A stretch of 63,930 nucleotides of DNA, counting the filler, from Octopus bimaculoides (taxonomy: Eukaryota), in the NCBI RefSeq assembly GCF_001194135.2. It is 9 parts of 6 records of this genome, joined end to end, with 100 filler letters (N's around TTAATTAATTAA, not from the genome) between each part and the next. Parts side by side here need not be neighbours in the genome. Positions count along the whole stretch, not along the records: positions 48,560 to 55,535 come from NC_068981.1; positions 55,636 to 59,533 come from NC_068981.1; positions 59,634 to 62,335 come from NW_026376973.1; positions 62,436 to 63,930 come from NC_068981.1; 5 more parts are not named here. One strand, written 5' to 3'. The notes beneath the pieces are model-generated. The model saw only the letters and a program-made list of their open reading frames with translations, made no database searches and was not told where the DNA came from. Positions within the stretch are counted from its first letter, which is position 1; each line of letters opens with the position of its first letter. Below, piece after piece: positions 54,166-63,930 of this stretch. The translations under genes and the position numbers were made by a program.

Positions 54166-54949
54166 CTAAAATCCACAGACGTAAAAGCCATAATGATTTT
54201 ATTGTAATTTAATTTACATTCTTTGAAGGGGAAATTTTTATGAAGCCATTGTTTTCATGTTTCATCACCTTCAGTTTTGGAAGACTCTAAGATACTTCTG
54301 ACTCACTAAAAAAATCTTTAAAGACACATTTTGAAATGGAAAAACGTGGTGATGTTAATTATAGCATATTTAATATAGAAAAACCAAAAAATAATCAATT
54401 AAAATCATTGTTACAGTGAGGAGAAAGAATCATTATTTCCATGATTAACTATATTCAAAAATGACAAAAATAATTAAAAATGAAATGTAGACAAGCAATG
54501 CTGTGGAGAGAGTGAATGTGATGTTGACAGTAGAAAAACACCTCTGGGCATATTCACTCAGTGTATTGAGCTAAGAAGCTCAGTGTCCAGAATAAAGACT
54601 GACTCAAAAGCAAACTTAAAATTCAGAAGACATAAAGGCTTTCTAGTAACAGCAATTCTCAATACAAAGAACTTGTTAAACATTAATAATCTCAGCACAA
54701 TTTGCTTTCATGAGAATTGGTTTCCTTTGTGAAATAAAGGATACAAGATCAATGAGATTCTAAATATTTATTTGACATTAAAGCAGATAATACACCGACC
54801 AATTACAAAACATTTCATTTCTCTATTTTGTGTGGTTTGTCAATGCCAGACGTTGGAACTGTTGTATTAGATCATAACGCAGCCCAAATTTATTCTTCTA
54901 TTCAGTATATACATATATACGTTTGTACATATCCGTTTGTAAGTATTCT

Positions 54950-55400
<451 letters not shown>

Positions 55401-55534
55401 AAGAGAGACTGCCACATAAGAGAGACTGCCACATAAGAGAGACTGTCACATAAGAGAGACTGTCACATAAGAGAGACTGCCACATAAGAGAGACTGCCAC
55501 ATAAGAGAGACTGCCACATAAGAGAGACTGCCAC
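55401..55534. repeat. 17-bp minisatellite (AAGAGAGACTGCCACAT) x ~8, running into a spacer
   Basis: Direct sequence; two units carry the C>T variant (ctgtcacat). Confidence 0.95.
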
Positions 55535-55635
55535 TNNNNNNNNNNNNNNNNNNNNNNNNNNNNNNNNNNNNNNNNNNNNTTAATTAATTAANNNNNNNNN
55601 NNNNNNNNNNNNNNNNNNNNNNNNNNNNNNNNNNN

Positions 55636-55659
<24 letters not shown>

Positions 55660-55675
<16 letters not shown>

Positions 55676-55853
55676 TACCCCGTCATCGCTTGCCAACCGG
55701 TATTACGTCCCTGAAATTAACGGTTCGGCAAAAGAGACGGATAGAATAAGTACTAGGCTTACAAAGAATGTTCTAGGATCGATTTCTTCAACTGAGGTGG
55801 TGCTCCCACATGGCCACAGTCAAATGACTGAAACAAGTAAAAAAATAAAAGAA
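55660..55853 (+). mobile_element. SINE family B tail
   Basis: (TG)n followed by ...cggttcggcaaaagagacggatagaataagtactaggc...ggccacagtcaaatgactgaaacaagtaaaa. Confidence 0.88.
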
Positions 55854-57239
55854 TAAACTATGTTGATCACAATGTAATCTGTGAATGCTTTGGTTTCTTT
55901 TAAAAGCCCAAAGCTGGTATGAGGTCTTACCATTGAGTTAAACATTAAGAAGTTTACTCATGGATCATCCACGCTCGAGCGTACACATACATACTCTCAC
56001 AAACGCATATATATACGTGTGTGTGGTGTGTCTGCTTGAGTATGTATATGTTTATATATAAATGAATATAAATATATCGATATAAGCACACACATATTGC
56101 TTTGTGTCCTTGGTGTGGCTTTAAACTGTACTCGGTAGTGGTGCCCTGGATTTCCAGAGTCTTGAGGAGTGTGGAATCATTTCTCAGTCGCCATTGTTCC
56201 CATGCTTACTCCGACTCCTCGTAGTGGCATGTATGCAAGAAACTTCAAACACAAACAGTCACTGTCTTCCGAGAACCTTATAACAGGAAAATGGAGTCAC
56301 TATCGACATCAAATCAAGGCATGGAGTACCTCAAGGCATTCTGGTGCCCTCTTTGACACCCGTTGACACTCCAGGGTAGTGGGGCTCTCCAACCCTGCAA
56401 ACCATTCACCTAGGAAAATGCTGCTTCAAGGTAAAACTTATGACCTGCTTGTCACCGTAGGTATCTTAAACCGATGGGCCACTTTTTTCTAACCTCCAAG
56501 TCTAAAGAGTGGGATCGGATCATGTGAAGTGGCTCACACCTTAAAACAACTCAGTGAAGGAGGAAAGAAATCCTTGCAGCGACAAGAATCAGTTTACTTC
56601 ACCATTTAAGGGTGTACTGCTTTTCCTCATAATCTTCGGACTGGAAGAAACTGCCATTATATTGCCTTGCAGTTCAGTAGGCGGAGCAATAGCCAAAGCA
56701 AATGAATCCAGTAAAGTTAGTCGTATTTCCCCCTCCCAGTGGACAAACAATGTAAAATGGACACATTCTACTAATTATATGAACTAATTACTTTAATATA
56801 TAGATTTGGCAACAGAAAAATCTTAAAATTAATACGATTTTGTACTGATTTTTTATAAGAAAACATCGTATATGAAAAATAGGAATGCAAAGTTTATTTG
56901 AAATAATTCTTCCTATAGAGGGTTTTTTTTTTTTGGTGGGGTGGGGGCTAATGTATCAAAGCAATACATTTCTAATGAAGAAATATCGTTAGTTGTATAA
57001 AACAAAGCAATTTCTATTCAACTGATTTTTGTATCTGACCTTAAAATAAATTGAAGTTGAAAGGACACAAAATGATGTACGTTTTTGCCGCATTGCAACT
57101 ATTTACTCTTTATCAAATTTTCTTTTTCTTTTATTGCATATTTCTTCTTATTTCTAATTTGATTGAAATGATACTTGTAGACTAATACACATTTGTACCA
57201 TGATGTATTAAACTAATATTGATAGTATGGTTCAAATCT

Positions 57240-57400
57240 AAGGAAAACAGACATAGACAGGCGAGGGAACAACAGGGTAAGTATATTTAACGCTCAGAAA
57301 AAAGTGGAACATTCTTTGGCGTTTCAAGCCAGCGCTCTTCGACAGAAAGGAATGAGGAAAGAAAACGGAGAGAGAAGGAAATGGAGAGGAAAACAAAATA
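57240..57400 (-). mobile_element. Second copy of the Penelope-like repeat
   Basis: Homologous to 38956-39154. Confidence 0.5.
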
Positions 57401-58098
57401 TTTATAGCAATTTAATTATATCATATATGTATAGATAATTTAGATATCTCCCCATTAATTTTGTTACGATAAAGTAGTTTATTTAATATGAAATTCAAGA
57501 ACTTACTTGTTGCATCAAGATATACAGAAAGTTAAAATAGACAAACATATTCGTTTAAAATTGGAAGGAAGGCAGTATACTCTGATAACGAATATATATT
57601 TCGCATTTCAGCGGCGTTATATGACGCTCAGTAATACTCGTGACAATTTTCTTTCAGCTCTAAATAGTTTATAATATTAAAAGCTTCACCAAGGCAACAG
57701 ACTATCACATACCTCTACAGGTATACATCGCCATTGAGCTGCCTTTATCTCACAAGAGAGCGAATCATTGTTGCTGCGCCATGTGACGGTTGCCACATTC
57801 CAATTAAAAAAAAAAAGATTATTATACTTTTCTTTGCATTTCCAAGATGAAATACTCAACCTAACATAAAATTAATAGTAATATTTCATTGAGCAAAGTA
57901 GCTAGTTAGAAAATCTCTAAAAGAGATGAAAGTAGTAGCTGTACTGAGAAGTAATGTTTATCGCCAGACCAATATGGCTGCTGTCCGACTTTGTTTGTTC
58001 CTTCTCGAGCCATACCTGGCTCATAAGGGCCGACTTCCTGGTTTCATTGGCGTATATGTTGTCCGATTATAACACAACGGATTACTAGCAATATTATT

Positions 58099-58262
58099 AA
58101 GGTGACGAGCTGGCAGATATTTAGCACGCCGTTCAAATTTCACGAGGTCGACTTCGCCTTTCAAGGATGACAATGTGAATACCAGTCAAGCACTGAGGTC
58201 CATGTAAACGACTAGCTACCCCAGCAAAATATTTCAGGCCCCTTGTGCCTACAGTAGAAAGA
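58099..58262 (+). mobile_element. Old SINE family A copy with internal deletions
   Basis: aggtgacgagctggcagatatttagcacgcc...gaggtcgacttcgcctttc...ggccccttgtgcctacagtagaaag. Confidence 0.8.
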
Positions 58263-58620
<358 letters not shown>

Positions 58621-58624
58621 CTTT

Positions 58625-59145
58625 ATAATTTTATTTCAGCTGCCATAGTATCGGGCAACCTCCGGAAGCCAAGTGTAGCAAACACACTTTTGTTTTGTTA
58701 TGCATGCTAAAATTATCACCACATTTATTCCATTTTAGATGGAGAGTGCTTTCCGTAGTATATGGGCTGTACCCATCAAGGTTGTCTTTTGTAGTTCACG
58801 TAGATTGGAGTTACCAGGGAGTTAGTTGCTTAATATACTTCTCAGTTTCCTTCTTTATCATTCCCAACGCACCAATTACTACTGGTGTTATCGTAGAACT
58901 AAACTTCCACATTTTTGTGATTTCAGTTTGCAGATCTTTATAGTTGGAAATATTTTCGTATTCCTTTCTTCAGACAATTTGATCTTGTGGTGCAGACATA
59001 TCTATTAACAGAAATATTCCTCTGTTTTAGTCCTTGATCACAATGTCTGGTCGACTGGAATCAATTTTTCTGTCTGTTTGTATTGGGAAGTTCCAAATGA
59101 TGGCGGCGCCCTCACCATTGACTACATCCTCTGGATGGTGCCTGT
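58625..59145 (-). mobile_element. 5'-truncated R4/Dong-like non-LTR retrotransposon (RLE endonuclease C-terminus)
   Basis: IIWNFPIQTDRKIDSSRPDIVIKD*...LLIDMSAPQD...KEYENISNYKDLQTEITKMW...TPVVIGALG...LQKTTLMGTAHILRKALSI* (stop 58735-58737); PD-(D/E)-type restriction-like endonuclease. Confidence 0.88.
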
Positions 59146-59161
59146 ACCTTATTGTTGTTGA

Positions 59162-59217
<56 letters not shown>

Positions 59218-59218
<1 letters not shown>

Positions 59219-59402
59219 GGCAGCGAGCTAGCAGAATCGTTAGCACGCTGGACGAAATGCTTAGTGGTATTTCGCTAGTCGCTACGTTGGATTTCGCCGA
59301 GTTCGACTTTGCCTTTCATCCTTTCGGGATCGATAAATTAAGTACCAGTGAAACACTGGAGTCTATGTAATCGACTAGTGCCCTCCCTCCAAATTTCAGA
59401 CC
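59218..59402 (+). mobile_element. SINE family A
   Basis: Head follows (ATT)n; small deletion at the B-box. Confidence 0.88.
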
Positions 59403-59633
59403 AAGAAATGGCTTGGAATCCAACAGTGAAAATAAGTTTGACTATTAAACGCCAAAAAAATATCCAGGTATTTATGAGCAACTTCAATTACAACCTGGTC
59501 AAAATTGAGGAAACCTTAATTGAAAAATGTCATNNNNNNNNNNNNNNNNNNNNNNNNNNNNNNNNNNNNNNNNNNNNTTAATTAATTAANNNNNNNNNNN
59601 NNNNNNNNNNNNNNNNNNNNNNNNNNNNNNNNN

Positions 59634-59935
59634 CTTCCTAACGCCAACCACTCAGAGAGTGTAGTGGGTGCTTTTACGTGTCACCCGCACGAAGGCCAGT
59701 CAGGCGGTACTGGCAACGGCCACGCTCGTCTCGCTCGAAAAACCTCATGCGTCACCCGAACGAGAGCCAGTTCAGGGGCACCGGCAATGATCTCGCTCAA
59801 AAATCCTATGACGGCCCCACACAAGAGCCAGTTCAGGGGCACTGGCAACGATCTCGCTCGAAAGATTTCATGTGTCGCCTGCACATGAGCAAGTCCAGGG
59901 GCACTGGCAACGATCCCGCTCGGAGATGGAAGCGG
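59634..59935 (-). mobile_element. RTE LINE 3'UTR fragment with four ~61-bp tandem units
   Basis: Units of gagccagttcaggggcactggcaacgatctcgctc; same family as 25213-25543. Confidence 0.8.
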
Positions 59936-60174
59936 TCTGCTCTACTGAATTTGACGAAAGGTAGGTGACCGTTGCCAAAATAGTTCGAATGAATGAAACT
60001 GCCCTAAGCATGCATCTGTAGATTAGAGAACAAGATTTCGATGAAGGTTTTTGTTCTTGGAAGTCAAGACAATCCTGACTCTATGGGCCTTATTTAGGGG
60101 CTCTTCTCTACTAGAAGGGCTGCATCATCCATGTGTTTTCCACTCTTGCCCCTTGAACAGTTCCTATCTTCTTA

Positions 60175-60198
60175 TGGTGACTGCAGTGGTGGTAGTGG

Positions 60199-60229
<31 letters not shown>

Positions 60230-60370
60230 GGTGATGATGAAGAAAAAGAAGCAGCAGCAGCAGCAGCAGTAGTAGTGGTGGTGGTGGTGGTGGTAATGGT
60301 GGTGGTGGTGGTGATGGTGGTGGTGGTGGTGATGGTGGTGATGGTGGTGATGGTGGTGGTGGTGGTGATG

Positions 60371-60434
<64 letters not shown>

Positions 60435-60475
60435 CGGCAACAGGAGTGGTGGTGGTGGTGGTGGTGGTAGTTGTC
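60175..60475. repeat. Compound GGT/GAT/GCA/GTA microsatellite
   Basis: Direct sequence. Confidence 0.95.
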
Positions 60476-60828
60476 GCCTTTCAATCTGTTCAGGATAATT
60501 ACATCTATCGTCTCTCTCGTTGCTTTGTGAAATATGAAACTTTTAAACCAGGAGTTTACAAAAACCCAACACGTTGCGGTAGGACAAACAAGTTATATAA
60601 GAACAAAGAGGCGTGGACCAGGGGTCGCTATGCGTATAGTTTTACTTAAGGACACAAAATTAACGTAAACACTTGACACAATATATTTCAAACATGTTTA
60701 AAATCCACAATCTGATTAAGTACGTGTGATTGCAATTATACCCCTTAATGTGTTAGTAATTAAGCAATTCTTCCAATTAACCAATTCCTTCTTATTTATG
60801 AAGAAGCAATAATAATAATAATAATAAT

Positions 60829-61320
60829 AGTCTTGATGCAGTACCAGGCAATGGTTCTCATGGCTTCTGATCTTAACTGATTGGAAGTGTTATCAAGTAC
60901 ATTGTTTTGTCTTGGTATAAAAAGATGGCCTACAGCAAATATTCTGCTCAATACCACAGATTTGCTTGTCAGTTGTTTGACCTTAACCAGTTGAGCATGT
61001 CCCTTGGTGGTTGACGATATGTGCATCTCTGATCATGAGCAGAAATACTGGGAGGAGTGTCATAGCCATGTGTTGAGAGGAATTCTTTGGGGTTTGAATA
61101 ATTCACCTCTGGAGCTTTTGAGTGGGGTGAGCTACTTAACTTGAAAAAAATTCTAACTGGGCCCCACCTGTAAGATCATGTGCTGTTTATCACCATGTTG
61201 CACACATGTGGTTTTGATGCCTGTGCCTGGTGTATCAGACGGGTAGTCATGATGGGTATATTGGGCTTTGTATAATTCTACCCCAATGTTACTTTGATAG
61301 CATGCACAGCATTCTCGCTC
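60829..61320. mobile_element. ~490-bp unclassified element flanked by (AAT)n on both sides
   Basis: Complex non-coding block between (aat)n at about 60808-60828 and 61321-61333. Confidence 0.5.
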
Positions 61321-61785
61321 AATAATAATAATAAATCTTAATTATTATATGACAATCTTAACAATGAGTTAGAGAGATAAAATAATACCCCAAGTATATT
61401 AACTAGCAGCCAACAAAAACAAATGAGTTTGGTTCTTTAACGATTTTTGTTAATTACATAAGAAATTCATTTAATTAAAAACATCGAATTAAAGAAATAT
61501 GTATAAATATAATATATTACGTCTTTCAATTTAGCAGCCAATGAAAATAAAGCAAGTCTACCCATTTAACGATGCTGTTTGTTTAATTAGAATTTGTTTA
61601 ATTTATAGTGTATTGGTTCACGGATGTCGTTGGAGCGTTGGGTTGACCTTAAACACCCACTCGTTCGTTAGAGGCTGACGGAAATGTAGTGATTACAGCA
61701 AAAGAGCAAGTGCTTAATCATTGAGTTGGGAAATGATTAGCTTGGGAAATATTTAATTGAAAGTGCGTTAGATATAAGAAATATT

Positions 61786-62160
61786 TCATTTATTACGCAT
61801 GGTTACGTGATTTTGAAGACTACAGAATAAATGATAATCAGATGGGGCAATGTCCGGCGAGTATGGTTGGTGGGGCATCGTTTCCCATTCAAACTGCTCC
61901 AGCCTTTCGAATGTCATCCTTGCTGTATGTAACCAAGCATTATCCCGATGGAAGAACATCTTTTGTCTTGGAACCAAACATGGCTGTTTTTCTTCTAGCA
62001 CTCGTTTAATCTGCTCAAGCTGTCTTGCACGTAGTAGATCTTTGTCAGCATTTGGTTTGGGTTTAAAAGTTCAAAGTGGACTAAACCTTTCCATATCCCA
62101 TTTACCAAAGTGAATGCGAGACCAGAGATTCCTGGTGCTGCATAGTGAGATGCATCTTGG
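61786..62160 (-). mobile_element. Mariner (DD34D) transposase relic
   Basis: MFFHRDNAWLHTARMTFERLEQFEWETMPHQPYSPDIAPSDYHLFCSLQNH. Confidence 0.9.
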
Positions 62161-62435
62161 TCTCAGCTTCTTCGGAGTAGAGGAGGAGGAGTAGAGGAGG
62201 AGGAGTAGAGGAGGGGGAGTAGAGGAGGATTGAAAGAAGAAGAAGAAGAAGAAGAAGAAGAAGGATGAAGGAGAAAAGGGCGAAGAAATTGCAAGTCATC
62301 TTAAGAACATCAACAGTGTTGATTTCATGTGGGTGNNNNNNNNNNNNNNNNNNNNNNNNNNNNNNNNNNNNNNNNNNNNTTAATTAATTAANNNNNNNNN
62401 NNNNNNNNNNNNNNNNNNNNNNNNNNNNNNNNNNN

Positions 62436-63330
62436 TTGCTGTGTACGTGTGTGTGCGTGCGTTTGCTATTGTATTTGCGTGTGTTTTTTATGCCTATGTG
62501 TGTGTGATTGCATGCGTGTCTGTGTGAGTGCGTTGTGTTGGTGAGAAGTGTGTGTGGGTGTGTGCGTGTGTATGTGTATGTGGGTGTGTGCGTGTGTATG
62601 TGTGTGGATGTGCGAGTGTGTGTGGGAATGTGATGTGTGTAGGGTTGTGAGTGTTAGGTACGGGTGCGTGTGTGTGTATGCGCGTGTGTGTTTATGTGTG
62701 TCTGTATGTGTGTGTCCGTGNNNNNNNNNNNNNNNNNNNNNNNNNNNNNNNNNNNNNNNNNNNNNNNNNNNNNNNNNNNNNNNNNNNNNNNNNNNNNNNN
62801 NNNNNNNNNNNNNNNNNNNNNNNNNNNNNNNNNNNNNNNNNNNNNNNNNNNNNNNNNNNNNNNNNNNNNNNNNNNNNNNNNNNNNNNNNNNNNNNNNNNN
62901 NNNNNNNNNNNNNNNNNNNNNNNNNNNNNNNNNNNNNNNNNNNNNNNNNNNNNNNNNNNNNNNNNNNNNNNNNNNNNNNNNNNNNNNNNNNNNNNNNNNN
63001 NNNNNNNNNNNNNNNCATATATGTTTGTCATGTGTGTGGGCGGTATATATGTAAGGTGTGTAGGAGGTGTGTGTGTTAGGTGTATGGGAGGTATGTGAGG
63101 TATGTGTGAATGGGGGTATGTATGGGTTGTCAGGTGTGTGGGAGGTATGTGTGAATGGGGGTATATATGGGTTATGTGTGCAAGGGTGTGTATGCTTGGA
63201 TGTGTGTGTGTGTGTGTGTATGTTTGCGTGATCGTTAGCGTGTGTGTGTATGCGCAAGTGTGCGTGTGTATGTGCGTTTGTATAAGTGTATGAGCGAGTC
63301 TGAGGGGGAGATGGGTAAGAAGAAAGATAG
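62436..63330. repeat. Degenerate (GT)-rich low-complexity region
   Basis: Direct sequence; includes a ~32-bp direct repeat near 63098 and 63143. Confidence 0.9.
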
Positions 63331-63930
63331 ATAGGTAGATAGATAGAGGGATAGACAGAAAAATAGAGAAAGAAAGAGGATGGTAGAGGGAGGAAGTGGA
63401 ACAAGAAAGAAGAGACAGATGTGTATAGCAGTGAAGTAGAAGCCAGGATAACAGAAGAAAGCAGAGCGAGAGGGGGAGATAGGTAAGAAGAAAGATAGAT
63501 GGGTAGATAGAGGGATATATATTTATATATATCTAATATATAAAATAGAGATGTGTGTGTAATCGCTTATCACGTGAAAACGGCTTCACCATTTACTTCC
63601 ATACTTGTGATGCATGAATAATTTGACCTCGGATAAATCTTAGGCTCTTCATTTAATTTTTTTAATTAAAAATAAATAATATTGCTTTATATTTATGATT
63701 CACTTCTTTAAAAAGGTTCCTCAATGTCAACTTCCGGTATTGACGTAACAACGGCTTACATACTAGTGATGCAATGTCAACTTCCGGTATTGCGCGCGCG
63801 CATACACATGTGTGTTTTTGTAAATATGTTTGTATACATTTATGTAAGTGTGTGTTTGTAACAGACAGTGTGAGTGAGTCAAGGGGTGTGTTGTTATATG
63901 CATCCATCATTTTTGGATGTGTGTGTGCGT

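Noticed and set aside
56490-56790. Open frames on both strands (KSGIGSCEVAHTLKQLSEGGKKSLQRQESVYFTI* on plus; ECVHFTLFVHWEGEIRL...NGEVN* on minus)
   Set aside because: No recognisable homology, mediocre acceptors and mutually competing readings; needs RNA-seq.
57995-58062. Hairpin gagccatacctggctc, possibly near an RTE 5' HDV-like ribozyme
   Set aside because: The nested pseudoknot core is not present in this truncated copy.
60111-60649. Homopolymeric ORFs (poly-H/Y/V/L/P/D)
   Set aside because: Translations of trinucleotide microsatellites.

Overview
AT-rich, repeat-dominated eukaryotic DNA. The SINE, LINE and microsatellite content points to an octopod cephalopod (Octopus); this is inferred from the repeat families, not from a marker gene. 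No intact protein-coding gene, RNA gene or CRISPR array could be supported, and almost all listed ORFs are microsatellite or N-gap artefacts. The window holds three tRNA-derived SINE families and 5'-truncated LINEs (RTE, a CR1/L2-group element, and an R4/Dong-like element). It also holds decayed DNA transposons (three mariners, three Helitron helicase relics, a Charlie/Buster-type hAT resembling FAM200), MITE-like elements, Penelope-like repeats with hammerhead-ribozyme-like folds, and many microsatellites. Eight identical 100-bp spacers (44 N + TTAATTAATTAA + 44 N) show that the window is nine scaffolds joined artificially, so cross-spacer neighbourhoods are unreliable. I found no convincing new multi-gene system. 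The best leads are a fold-back SINE pair, degenerate hammerhead motifs with an unusual core, the FAM200-like hAT relic, (TAA)n-associated retroelements, and a few unverified exon candidates.
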